From Eledone cirrhosa (taxonomy: Eukaryota), in NCBI GenBank assembly GCA_964016885.1, contig OZ024744.1:23746001-23810000 (forward strand): a DNA stretch of 64,000 nt, read 5' to 3'. Shown piece after piece: positions 41,401 to 55,760 of this stretch (position 1 is its first letter; each line of letters starts with the position of its first letter). The position numbers and the translations under genes are program-made. The notes beneath the pieces were generated by a model. The model was not told the DNA's origin. It made no database searches and saw only the letters and a list, made by a program, of their open reading frames with translations.

Positions 41401-44355
41401 AGAACTGATTCGTTTTAACAACAGTTTAATCTTAAAATAAAATTCGTTTAACAACAGTTGAATCTTAAGGACTGGCTCGTTTTAACATCACATGTATATT
41501 ATGATAAAACTCGTTTTAACAACAGCTGTATCTTAAGAACTGACTCGATATGACAACAGTTGAATGTTAAGAACTGACTCGTTTTAACAACAGTTCAATC
41601 TTAAGATAAAACTGATTATAACAACAGTTGCATCTTAAGAACTGACTTGTTTTAACAACAGTTAAATCTGAAGAACTGACTCGTTTTAACAACAGTTGAA
41701 TCTGAAGATAAAACTCGTTTAACAACAGTTGAATCTTAAGAACTGACTCGTTTTAACGACAGATGAATCTTATGATAAAACTCGTTTTAACAACAATTGA
41801 ATCTTAAGAACTGATTCGTTTTAACAACAGTTGAATCTTAAGATAAAACTAGTTTTAACAACAGTTGAATCTTAAGATAAAACTAGTTTTAACAACAGTT
41901 GAATCTTAAGAACTGACTCGTTTTAACAACAGTTGAATCTTAAATAAAACTCGTTTTAACAACAGTTGAATCTTAAGAACTGACTCGTTTTAACAACAGT
42001 TGAATCTTAAGAACTGACTGGTTTTAACAACAGTTCAACCTTAAGAACTGACTAGTTTTAACAACAGTTGAATCTCAAGAACTGACTCGTTTTAATAACA
42101 GTTGAATCTTAAGATAAAACTCGTTTTAACAACAGTTGAATCTTAAGAAATGACTCGTTTTAATAACAGTTGAATCTTAAGAACTGACTCGTTTTAACAA
42201 CAGTTCAACCTTAAGAACTGACTCGTTGTAACAACAGTTGAAACTTCAAATAAAACTCGTTTTAACCACAGTTGAATCTTAAGAACTGAATCAATTTAAC
42301 AACAGTTGAATCTTAAGAACTGACTCGTGTTAACAACAATTGAATCTTAAGATAAAACTCGTTTTAACAAAAGTTGAATCTTAAGAACTGACTCGTTTTA
42401 ACAACAGCTGAATCTTAAGATAAAACTAGTTTTAACAACAGTTGAATCTTAAGAACTGACTCGTTTTAACAACAGCTGAATCTTAAGATAAAACTCGTTT
42501 TAACAACAGTTGAATCTTAAGAACTGACTCATTTTAACAACAGTTGAATCTTAAGATAAAACTCGTTTTAACAACAGTTGAATCTTAAGAACTGACTCGT
42601 TTTAACAACAGTTCAACCTTAAGAACTGACTCGTTTTAACAACAGTTGAATCTTCAAATAAAACTCGTTTTAACTACAGTTGAATCTTAAGAACTGACTC
42701 GTTTTAACAACAGTTGAATCTTAAGATAAAACTCGTTTTAACAACAGTTGAATCTTAAGAACTGACTCATTTTAACAACAGTTGAATCTTAAGAACTGAT
42801 TCGTTTTAACAACAGTTGAATCTTCAGATAAAACTCGTTTTAACTACAGTTGAATCTTAAGAACTGACTCGTTTTAACAACAGTTGAATCTTAAGATAAA
42901 ACTCGTTTTAACAACAGTTGAATCTTAAGAACTGACTCATTTTAACAACAGTTGAATCTTAAGAACTGATTCGTTTTAACAACAGTTGAATCTTAAGATA
43001 AAACTCGTTTTAACAACAGTTGAATCTTAAGAACTGACTCGTTTTATCAACAGTTCAACCTGAAGAACTTACTCGTTTTAACAACAGTTGAATCTTCAAA
43101 TAAAACTCGTTTTAACAACAGCTGAATCTTAAGATAACACTCGTTTTAACAAAAGTTGAATCTTAAGAACTGACTCGTTTTAACAACAGTTCAACCTTAA
43201 GAACTGACTAGTTTTAACAACAGTTTAATCTTAGAATAAAATTCGTTTTAACAACAGTTGAATCTTAAGAACTGACTCGTTTTAACAAAAGTTGAATCTT
43301 ACGAACTGACTCGTTTTAACAATAGTTGTCTCTTTAGATAAATCTCGTTTTAACAACAGTTGAATTTTAAAACTGACTCGTTTTAACAACAGTTCAAACT
43401 TAAGAACTGATTCGTTTTAACAACAGTTTAATCTTAAAATAAAATTCGTTTAACAACAGTTGAATCTTAAGGACTGGCTCGTTTTAACATCACATGTATA
43501 TTATGATAAAACTGGTTTTAACAACAGCTGTATCTTAAGAACTGACTCGATATAACAACAGTTGAATGTTAAGAACTGACTCGTTTTAACAACAGTTCAA
43601 TCTTAAGATAAAACTGATTATAACAACAGTTGCATCTTAAGAACTGACTTGTTTTAACAACAGTTAAATCTGAAGAACTGACTCGATTTAACAACAGTTG
43701 AATCTGAAGATAAAACTCGTTTAACAACAGTTGAATCTTAAGAACTGACTCGTTTTAACGACAGATGAATCTTATGATAAAACTCGTTTTAACAACAATT
43801 GAATCTTAAGAACTGATTCGTTTTAACAACAGTTGAATCTTAAGGTAAAACTAGTTTTAACAACAGTTGAATCTTAAGATAAAACTAGTTTTAACAACAG
43901 TTGAATCTTAAGAACTGACTCGTTTCAACAACAGTTGAAACTTCAAATAAAACTTGTTTTAACAACTGTTGAATCTTAAGAACTGACTCATTTTAACAAC
44001 AGTTCAATCTTAAGAACTGATTCGTTTTAACAACAGTTGAATCTTAAGATAAAACTAGTTTTAATAACTGTTGAATCTTAAGATAAAACTCGTTTTAACA
44101 AGAGTTGAATCTTAAGAACTGACTCGTTTTAACAACAGTTGAATCTTAAATAAAACTCGTTTTAACAACAGTTGAATCTTAAGAACTGACTCGTTTTAAC
44201 AACAGTTGAATCTTAAGAACTGACTGGTTTTAACAACAGTTCAACCTTAAGAACTGACTAGTTTTAACAACAGTTGAATCTCAAGAACTGACTCGTTTTA
44301 ATAACAGTTGAATCGTAAGATAAAACTCGTTTTAACAACAGTTGAATCTTAAGAA
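36880..44355 (+). repeat. Tandem duplication, period 3,728-3,730 bp
   Basis: Markers 37758/41486 and 39760/43488, plus rare variants CTTAAGGTAA 40111/43839 and GAATCGTAAG 40582/44310, all sit at +3728. Offset is 3730 upstream of the 2-bp insertion at 37271. Confidence 0.85.
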
Positions 44356-47300
44356 ATGACTCGTTTTAATAACAGTTGAATCTTAAGAACTGACTCGTTT
44401 TAACAACAGTTCAACCTTAAGAACTGACTCGTTGTAACAACAGTTGAAACTTCAAATAAAACTCGTTTTAACCACAGTTGAATCTTAAGAACTGAATCAA
44501 TTTAACAACAGTTGAATCTTAAGAACTGACTCGTGTTAACAACAATTGAATCTTAAGATAAAACTCGTTTTAACAAAAGTTGAATCTTAAGAACTGACTC
44601 GTTTTAACAACAGCTGAATCTTAAGATAAAACTCGTTTTAACAACAGTTGAATCTTAAGAACTGACTCGTTTTATCAACAGTTCAACCTTAAGCACTGAC
44701 TCGTTTTAACAACAGTTGAATCTTCAAATAAAACTCGTTTTAATAACAGTTGAATCTTAAGAACTGACTCGTTTTAACAACAGTTGAATCTTAAGATAAA
44801 ACTCGTTTTAACAACAGTTGAATCTTAAGAACTGACTCATTTTAACAACAGTTGAATCTTAAGATAAAACTCGTTTTAACAACAGTTGAATCTTAAGAAC
44901 TGACTCGTTTTAACAACAGTTCAACCTTAAGAACTGACTCGTTTTAACAACAGTTGAATCTTCAAATAAAACTCGTTTTAACTACAGTTGAATCTTAAGA
45001 ACTGACTCGTTTTAACAACAGTTGAATCTTAAGATAAAACTCGTTTTAACAACAGTTGAATCTTAAGAACTGACTCATTTTAACAACAGTTGAATCTTAA
45101 GAACTGATTCGTTTTAACAACAGTTGAATCTTCAGATAAAACTCGTTTTAACTACAGTTGAATCTTAAGAACTGACTCGTTTTAACAACAGTTGAATCTT
45201 AAGAAATGACTCGTTTTAATAACAGTTGAATCTTAAGAACTGACTCGTTTTATCAACAGTTCAACCTTAAGAACTGACTCATCTTAACAACAGTTGAATC
45301 TTCAAATAAAACTCGTTTTAACAACAATTGAATCTTAAGAACTGATTCGTTTTAACAACAGCTGAATCTTAAGATAAAACTCGATTTAACAACAGTTGAA
45401 TCTTAAGATAAAATTCGTTTTAACAACAGTTGAATCTTAAGAACTGACTCATTTTAACGACAGCTGAATCTTTAGATAAAACTCGTTTTAACAACAGTTG
45501 AATCTTAAGAACTGACTCGTTTTATCAACAGTTCAACCTTAAGAACTGACTCGTTTTAACAACAGTTGAATCCTCAAATAAAACTCGTTTTAACAACAGT
45601 TGAATCTTAAGAACTGACTCGTTTTAACAACAGTTGAATCTTAAGATAAAACTCGTTTTAACAACAGTTGTATCTTAAGAACTGACTCATTTTAACAACA
45701 GTTGAATCTTAAGATAAAACTCGTTTTAGCAACAGTTGAATCTTAAGAACTGACTCGTTTTAACAACAGTTCAACTTTAAGAACTGACTCGTTTTAACAA
45801 CAGTTGAATCTTCAAATAAAACTCGTTTTAACTACAGTTGAATCTTAAGAACTGACTCGTTTTAACAACAGTTGAATCTTAAGATAAAACTCGTTTTAAC
45901 AACAGTTGAATCTTAAGAACTGACTCATTTTAACAACAGTTGAATCTTTAGAACTGATTCTTTTTAACAACAGTTGAATCTTCAGATAAAACTCGTTTTA
46001 ACTACAGTTGAATCTTAAGAACTGACTCGTTTTAACAACAGTTGAATCTTAAGATAAAACTCGTTTTAACAACAGTTGAATCTTAAGATAAAACTCGTTT
46101 TAACAACAGTTGAATCTTAAGAACTGACTCGTTTTAATAACAGTTGAATCTTCAAATAAAACTCGTTTTAACAACAGTTGAATCTTAAGATAAACTCGTT
46201 TTAACAACAGTTGAATCTTAAGATAAACCTCGTTTTAACAACATTTGAATCTTAAGAACTGACTCGTTTTAACAACAGCTGCATCTTAAGATAAAACTCG
46301 TTTTAACAACAGTTGAATCTTAAGAACTGACTCGTTTTATCAACAGTTCAACCTGAAGAACTTACTCGTTTTAACAACAGTTGAATCTTCAAATAAAACT
46401 CGTTTTAACAACAGTTGAATCTTAAGAACTGACTCGTTTTAACAACAGTTGAATCTTAAGATAAAACTCGTTTTAACAACAGCTGAATCTTAAGATAACA
46501 CTCGTTTTAACAAAAGTTGAATCTTAAGAACTGACTCGTTTTAACAACAGTTCAACCTTAAGAACTGACTAGTTTTAACAACAGTTTAATCTTAGAATAA
46601 AATTCGTTTTAACAACAGTTGAATCTTAAGAACTGACTCGTTTTAATAAAAGTTGAATCTTACGAACTGACTCGTTTTAACAATAGTTGTCTCTTTAGAT
46701 AAAACTCGTTTTAACAACAGTTGAATTTTAAAACTGACTCGTTTTAACAACAGTTCAAACTTAAGAACTGATTCGTTTTAACAACAGTTTAATCTTAAAA
46801 TAAAATTCGTTTAACAACAGTTGAATCTTAAGGACTGGCTCGTTTTAACATCACATGTATATTATGATAAAACTCGTTTTAACAACAGCTGTATCTTAAG
46901 AACTGACTCGATATAACAACAGTTGAATGTTAAGAACTGACTCGTTTTAACAACAGTTCAATCTTAAGATAAAACTGATTATAACAACAGTTGCATCTTA
47001 AGAACTGACTTGTTTTAACAACAGTTAAATCTGAAGAACTGACTCGTTTTAACAACAGTTGAATCTGAAGATAAAACTCGTTTTAACAACAGTTGAATCT
47101 TAAGATAAACCTCGTTTTAACAACATTTGAATCTTAAGAACTGACTCGTTTTAACAACAGCTGCATCTTAAGATAAAACTCGTTTTAACAACAGTTGAAT
47201 CTTAACAACTGACTCGTTTTATCAACAGTTCAACCTGAAGAACTTACTCGTTTTAACAACAGTTGAATCTTCAAATAAAACTCGTTTTAACAACAGCTGA

Positions 47301-48720
47301 ATCTTAAGATAACACTCGTTTTAACAAAAGTTGAATCTTAAGAACTGACTCGTTTTAACAACAGTTCAACCTTAAGAACTGACTAGTTTTAACAACAGTT
47401 TAATCTTAGAATAAAATTCGTTTTAACAACAGTTGAATCTTAAGAACTGACTCGTTTTAACAAAAGTTGAATCTTACGAACTGACTCGTTTTAACAATAG
47501 TTGTCTCTTTAGATAAATCTCGTTTTAACAACAGTTGAATTTTAAAACTGACTCGTTTTAACAACAGTTCAAACTTAAGAACTGATTCGTTTTAACAACA
47601 GTTTAATCTTAAAATAAAATTCGTTTAACAACAGTTGAATCTTAAGGACTGGCTCGTTTTAACATCACATGTATATTATGATAAAACTCGTTTTAACAAC
47701 AGCTGTATCTTAAGAACTGACTCGATATAACAACAGTTGAATGTTAAGAACTGACTCATTTTAACAACAGTTCAATCTTAAGATAAAACTGATTATAACA
47801 ACAGTTGCATCTTAAGAACTGACTTGTTTTAACAACAGTTAAATCTGAAGAACTGACTCGTTTTAACAACAGTTGAATCTGAAGATAAAACTCGTTTAAC
47901 AACAGTTGAATTTTAAGAACTGACTCGTTTTAACGACAGATGAATCTTATGATAAAACTCGTTTTAACAACAATTGAATCTTAAGAACTGATTCGTTTTA
48001 ACAACAGTTGAATCTTAAGATAAAACTAGTTTTAACAACAGTTGAATCTTAAGATAAAACTAGTTTTAACAACAGTTGAATCTTAAGAACTGACTCGTTT
48101 TAACAACAGTTGAAACTTCAAATAAAACTTGTTTTAACAACAGTTGAATCTTAAGAACTGACTCATTTTAACAACAGTTCAATCTTAAGAACTGATTCGT
48201 TTTAACAACAGTTGAATCTTAAGATAAAACTAGTTTTAATAACTGTTGAATCTTAAGATAAAACTCGTTTTAACAAGAGTTGAATCTTAAGAACTGACTC
48301 GTTTTAACAACAGTTGAATCTTAAATAAAACTCGTTTTAACAACAGTTGAATCTTAAGAACTGACTCGTTTTAACAACAGTTGAATCTTAAGAACTGACT
48401 GGTTTTAACAACAGTTCAACCTTAAGAACTGACTAGTTTTAACAACAGTTGAATCTCAAGAACTGACTCGTTTTAATAACAGTTGAATCTTAAGATAAAA
48501 CTCGTTTTAACAACAGTTGAATCTTAAGAAATGACTCGTTTTAATAACAGTTGAATCTTAAGAACTGACTCGTTTTAACAACAGTTCAACCTTAAGAACT
48601 GACTCGTTGTAACAACAGTTGAAACTTCAAATAAAACTCGTTTTAACCACAGTTGAATCTTAAGAACTGAATCAATTTAACAACAGTTGAATCTTAAGAA
48701 CTGACTCGTGTTAACAACAA

Positions 48721-51700
48721 TTGAATCTTAAGATAAAACTCGTTTTAACAAAAGTTGAATCTTAAGAACTGACTCGTTTTAACAACAGATGAATCTTAAG
48801 ATAAAACTCGTTTTAACAACAGTTGAATCTTAAGAACTGACTCGTTTTATCAACAGTTCAACCTTAAGCACTGACTCGTTTTAACAACAGTTGAATCTTC
48901 AAATAAAACTAGTTTTAATAACAGTTGAATCTTAAGAACTGACTCGTTTTAACAACAGTTGAATCTTAAGATAAAACTCGTTTTAACAACAGTTGAATCT
49001 TAAGAACTGACTCATTTTAACAACAGTTGAATCTTAAGATAAAACTCGTTTTAACAACAGTTGAACCTTAAGAACTGACTCGTTTTAACAACAGTTCAAC
49101 CTTAAGAACTGACTCGTTTTAACAACAGTTGAATCTTCAAATAAAACTCGTTTTAACTACAGTTGAATCTTAAGAACTGACTCGTTTTAACAACAGTTGA
49201 ATCTTAAGATAAAACTCGTTTTAACAACAGTTGAATCTTAAGAACTGACTCATTTTAACAACAGTTGAATCTTAAGAAATGATTCGTTTTAACAACAGTT
49301 GAATCTTCAGATAAAACTCGTTTTAACTACAGTTGAATCTTAAGAACTGACTCGTTTTAACAACAGTTGAATCTTAAGATAAAACTCGTTTTAACAACAG
49401 TTGAATCTTAAGAACTGACTCATTTTAACAACAGTTGAATCTTAAGAACTGATTCGTTTTAACAACAGTTGAATCTTAAGAACTGACTCGTTTTATCAAC
49501 AGTTCAACCTGAAGAACTTACTCGTTTTAACAACAGTTGAATCTTCAAATAAAACTCGTTTTAACAACAGCTGAATCTTAAGATAACACTCGTTTTAACA
49601 AAAGTTGAATCTTAAGAACTGACTTGTTTTAACAACAGTTCAAACTTAAGAACTGATTCGTTTTAACAACAGTTTAATCTGAAAATAAAATTCGTTTAAC
49701 AACAGTTGAATCTTAAGGACTGGCTCGTTTTAACATCACATGTATATTATGATAAAACTCGTTTTAACAACAGCTGTATCTTAAGAACTGACTCGATATA
49801 ACAACAGTTGAATGTTAAGAACTGACTCGTTTTAACAACAGTTCAATCTTAAGATAAAACTGATTATAACAGCAGTTGCATCTTAAGAACTGACTTGTTT
49901 CAACCACAGTTAAATCTGAAGAACTGACTCGTTTTAACAACAGTTGAATCTGAAGATAAAACTCGTTTAACAACAGTTGAATCTTAAGAACTGACTCGTT
50001 TTAACGACAGATGAATCTTATGATAAAACTCGTTTTAACAACAATTGAATCTTAAGAACTGATTCGTTTTAACAACAGTTGAATCTTAAGATAAAACTAG
50101 TTTTAACAACAGTTGAATCTTAAGATAAAACTAGTTTTAACAACAGTTGAATCTTAAGAACTGACTCGTTTTAACGACAGTTGAAACTTCAAAGAAAACT
50201 TGTTTTAATAACAGTTGAATCTTAAGAACTGACTCATTTTAACAACAGTTCAATCTTAAGAACTGATTCGTTTTAACAACAGTTGAATCTTAAGATAAAA
50301 CTAGTTTTAATAACTGTTGAATCTTAAGATAAAACTCGTTTTAACAAGAGTTGAATCTTAAGAACTGACTCGTTTTAACAACAGTTGAATCTTAAATAAA
50401 ACTCGTTTTAACAACAGTTGAATCTTAAGAACTGACTCGTTTTAACAACAGTTGAATCTTAAGAACTGACTGGTTTTAACAACAGTTCAACCTTAAGAAC
50501 TGACTAGTTTTAACAACAGTTGAATCTCAAGAACTGACTCGTTTTAATAACAGTTGAATCTTAAGATAAAACTCGTTTTAACAACAGTTGAATCTTAAGA
50601 AATGACTCGTTTTAATAACAGTTGAATCTTAAGAACTGACTCGTTTTAACAACAGTTCAACCTTAAGAACTGACTCGTTGTAACAACAGTTGAAACTTCA
50701 AATAAAACTCGTTTTAACCACAGTTGAATCTTAAGAACTGAATCAATTTAACAACAGTTGAATCCTAAGAACTGACTCGTGTTAACAACAATTGAATCTT
50801 AAGATAAAACTCGTTTTAACAAAAGTTGAATCTTAAGAACTGACTCGTTTTAACAACAGCTGAATCTTAAGATAAAACTCGTTTTAACAACAGTTGAATC
50901 TTAAGAACTGACTCGTTTTATCAACAGTTCAACCTTAAGCACTGACTCGTTTTAACAACAGTTGAATCTTCAAATAAAACTCTTTTTAATAACAGTTGAA
51001 TCTTAAGAACTGACTCGTTTTAACAACAGTTGAATCTTAAGATAAAACTCGTTTTAACAACAGTTGAATCTTAAGAACTGACTCGTTTTAACAACAGTTC
51101 AACCTTAAGAACAGACTCGTTTTAACAACAGTTGAATCTTCAAATAAAACTCGTTTTAACTACAGTTGAATCTTAAGAACTGACTCGTTTTAACAACAGT
51201 TGAATCTTAAGATAAAACTCGTTTTAACAAAAGTTGAATCTTAAGAACTGACTCGTTTTAACAACAGATGAATCTTAAGATAAAACTCGTTTTAACAACA
51301 GTTGAATCTTAAGAACTGACTCGTTTTATCAACAGTTCAACCTTAAGCACTGACTCGTTTTAACAACAGTTGAATCTTCAAATAAAACTAGTTTTAATAA
51401 CAGTTGAATCTTAAGAACTGACTCGTTTTAACAACAGTTGAATCTTAAGATAAAACTCGTTTTAACAACAGTTGAATCTTAAGAACTGACTCATTTTAAC
51501 AACAGTTGAATCTTAAGATAAAACTCGTTTTAACAACAGTTGAATCTTAAGAACTGACTCGTTTTAACAACAGTTCAACCTTAAGAACTGACTCGTTTTA
51601 ACAACAGTTGAATCTTCAAATAAAACTCGTTTTAACTACAGTTGAATCTTAAGAACTGACTCGTTTTAACAACAGTTGAATCTTAAGATAAAACTCGTTT

Positions 51701-54700
51701 TAACAACAGTTGAATCTTAAGAACTGACTCATTTTAACAACAGTTGAATCTTAAGAAATGATTCGTTTTAACAACAGTTGAATCTTCAGATAAAACTCGT
51801 TTTAACTACAGTTGAATCTTAAGAACTGACTCGTTTTAACAACAGTTGAATCTTAAGATAAAACTCGTTTTAACAACAGTTGAATCTTAAGAACTGACTC
51901 ATTTTAACAACAGTTGAATCTTAAGAACTGATTCGTTTTAACAACAGTTGAATCTTAAGAACTGACTCGTTTTATCAACAGTTCAACCTGAAGAACTTAC
52001 TCGTTTTAACAACAGTTGAATCTTCAAATAAAACTCGTTTTAACAACAGCTGAATCTTAAGATAACACTCGTTTTAACAAAAGTTGAATCTTAAGAACTG
52101 ACTTGTTTTAACAACAGTTCAAACTTAAGAACTGATTCGTTTTAACAACAGTTTAATCTGAAAATAAAATTCGTTTAACAACAGTTGAATCTTAAGGACT
52201 GGCTCGTTTTAACATCACATGTATATTATGATAAAACTCGTTTTAACAACAGCTGTATCTTAAGAACTGACTCGATATAACAACAGTTGAATGTTAAGAA
52301 CTGACTCGTTTTAACAACAGTTCAATCTTAAGATAAAACTGATTATAACAACAGTTGCATCTTAAGAACTGACTTGTTTCAACCACAGTTAAATCTGAAG
52401 AACTGACTCGTTTTAACAACAGTTGAATCTGAAGATAAAACTCGTTTAACAACAGTTGAATCTTAAGAACTGACTCGTTTTAACGACAGATGAATCTTAT
52501 GATAAAACTCGTTTTAACAACAATTGAATCTTAAGAACTGATTCGTTTTAACAACAGTTGAATCTTAAGATAAAACTAGTTTTAACAACAGTTGAATCTT
52601 AAGATAAAACTAGTTTTAACAACAGTTGAATCTTAAGAACTGACTCGTTTTAACGACAGTTGAAACTTCAAAGAAAACTTGTTTTAATAACAGTTGAATC
52701 TTAAGAACTGACTCATTTTAACAACAGTTCAATCTTAAGAACTGATTCGTTTTAACAACAGTTGAATCTTAAGATAAAACTAGTTTTAATAACTGTTGAA
52801 TCTTAAGATAAAACTCGTTTTAACAAGAGTTGAATCTTAAGAACTGACTCGTTTTAACAACAGTTGAATCTTAAATAAAACTCGTTTTAACAACAGTTGA
52901 ATCTTAAGAACTGACTCGTTTTAACAACAGTTGAATCTTAAGAACTGACTGGTTTTAACAACAGTTCAACCTTAAGAACTGACTAGTTTTAACAACAGTT
53001 GAATCTCAAGAACTGACTCGTTTTAATAACAGTTGAATCTTAAGATAAAACTCGTTTTAACAACAGTTGAATCTTAAGAAATGACTCGTTTTAATAACAG
53101 TTGAATCTTAAGAACTGACTCGTTTTAACAACAGTTCAACCTTAAGAACTGACTCGTTGTAACAACAGTTGAAACTTCAAATAAAACTCGTTTTAACCAC
53201 AGTTGAATCTTAAGAACTGAATCAATTTAACAACAGTTGAATCCTAAGAACTGACTCGTGTTAACAACAATTGAATCTTAAGATAAAACTCGTTTTAACA
53301 AAAGTTGAATCTTAAGAACTGACTCGTTTTAACAACAGCTGAATCTTAAGATAAAACTCGTTTTAACAACAGTTGAATCTTAAGAACTGACTCGTTTTAT
53401 CAACAGTTCAACCTTAAGCACTGACTCGTTTTAACAACAGTTGAATCTTCAAATAAAACTCTTTTTAATAACAGTTGAATCTTAAGAACTGACTCGTTTT
53501 AACAACAGTTGAATCTTAAGATAAAACTCGTTTTAACAACAGTTGAATCTTAAGAACTGACTCGTTTTAACAACAGTTCAACCTTAAGAACAGACTCGTT
53601 TTAACAACAGTTGAATCTTCAAATAAAACTCGTTTTAACTACAGTTGAATCTTAAGAACTGACTCGTTTTAACAACAGTTGAATCTTAAGATAAAACTCG
53701 TTTTAACAACAGTTGAATCTTAAGAACTGACTCATTTTAACAACAGTTGAATCTTAAGAACTGATTCGTTTTAACAACAGTTGAATCTTCAGATAAAACT
53801 CGTTTTAACTACAGTTGAATCTTAAGAACTGACTCATTTTAACAACAGTTGAATCTTAAGAACTGATTCGTTTTAACAACAGTTGAATCTTAAGAACTGA
53901 CTCGTTTTATCAACAGTTCAACCTGAAGAACTTACTCGTTTTAACAACAGTTGAATCTTCAAATAAAACTCGTTTTAACAACAGCTGAATCTTAAGATAA
54001 CACTCGTTTTAACAAAAGTTGAATCTTAAGAACTGACTTGTTTTAACAACAGTTCAAACTTAAGAACTGATTCGTTTTAACAACAGTTTAATCTGAAAAT
54101 AAAATTCGTTTAACAACAGTTGAATCTTAAGGACTGGCTCGTTTTAACATCACATGTATATTATGATAAAACTCGTTTTAACAACAGCTGTATCTTAAGA
54201 ACTGACTCGATATAACAACAGTTGAATGTTAAGAACTGACTCGTTTTAACAACAGTTCAATCTTAAGATAAAACTGATTATAACAACAGTTGCATCTTAA
54301 GAACTGACTTGTTTCAACCACAGTTAAATCTGAAGAACTGACTCGTTTTAACAACAGTTGAATCTGAAGATAAAACTCGTTTAACAACAGTTGAATCTTA
54401 AGAACTGACTCGTTTTAACGACAGATGAATCTTATGATAAAACTCGTTTTAACAACAATTGAATCTTAAGAACTGATTCGTTTTAACAACAGTTGAATCT
54501 TAAGATAAAACTAGTTTTAACAACAGTTGAATCTTAAGATAAAACTAGTTTTAACAACAGTTGAATCTTAAGAACTGACTCGTTTTAACGACAGTTGAAA
54601 CTTCAAAGAAAACTTGTTTTAATAACAGTTGAATCTTAAGAACTGACTCATTTTAACAACAGTTCAATCTTAAGAACTGATTCGTTTTAACAACAGTTGA

Positions 54701-55760
54701 ATCTTAAGATAAAACTAGTTTTAATAACTGTTGAATCTTAAGATAAAACTCGTTTTAACAAGAGTTGAATCTTAAGAACTGACTCGTTTTAACAACAGTT
54801 GAATCTTAAATAAAACTCGTTTTAACAACAGTTGAATCTTAAGAACTGACTCATTTTAACAACAGTTGAATCTTAAGAACTGACTGGTTTTAACAACAGT
54901 TCAACCTTAAGAACTGACTAGTTTTAACAACAGTTGAATCTCAAGAACTGACTCGTTTTAATAACAGTTGAATCTTAAGATAAAACTCGTTTTAACAACA
55001 GTTGAATCTTAAGAAATGACTCGTTTTAATAACAGTTGAATCTTAAGAACTGACTCGTTTTAACAACAGTTCAACCTTAAGAACTGACTCGTTGTAACAA
55101 CAGTTGAAACTTCAAATAAAACTCGTTTTAACCACAGTTGAATCTTAAGAACTGAATCAATTTAACAACAGTTGAATCCTAAGAACTGACTCGTGTTAAC
55201 AACAATTGAATCTTAAGATAAAACTCGTTTTAACAAAAGTTGAATCTTAAGAACTGACTCGTTTTAACAACAGCTGAATCTTAAGATAAAACTCGTTTTA
55301 ACAACAGTTGAATCTTAAGAACTGACTCGTTTTATCAACAGTTCAACCTTAAGCACTGACTCGTTTTAACAACAGTTGAATCTTCAAATAAAACTCTTTT
55401 TAATAACAGTTGAATCTTAAGAACTGACTCGTTTTAACAACAGTTGAATCTTAAGATAAAACTCGTTTTAACAACAGTTGAATCTTAAGAACTGACTCGT
55501 TTTAACAACAGTTCAACCTTAAGAACAGACTCGTTTTAACAACAGTTGAATCTTCAAATAAAACTCGTTTTAACTACAGTTGAATCTTAAGAACTGACTC
55601 GTTTTAACAACAGTTGAATCTTAAGATAAAACTCGTTTTAACAACAGTTGAATCTTAAGAACTGACTCATTTTAACAACAGTTGAATCTTAAGAACTGAT
55701 TCGTTTTAACAACAGTTGAATCTTCAGATAAAACTCGTTTTAACTACAGTTGAATCTTAA
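48721..55760 (+). repeat. Local triplication (offsets 2,479 bp then 1,935 bp) with private variants
   Basis: Private variant AAAGAAAACTTG at 50191, 52670 and 54605; TTTCAACCACAGTTAAA and CTGAAAATAAAATTCG occur in the same three copies; markers at 49734/52213/54148. The 2479 periodicity holds from ~48721 to ~53709. Confidence 0.85.
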
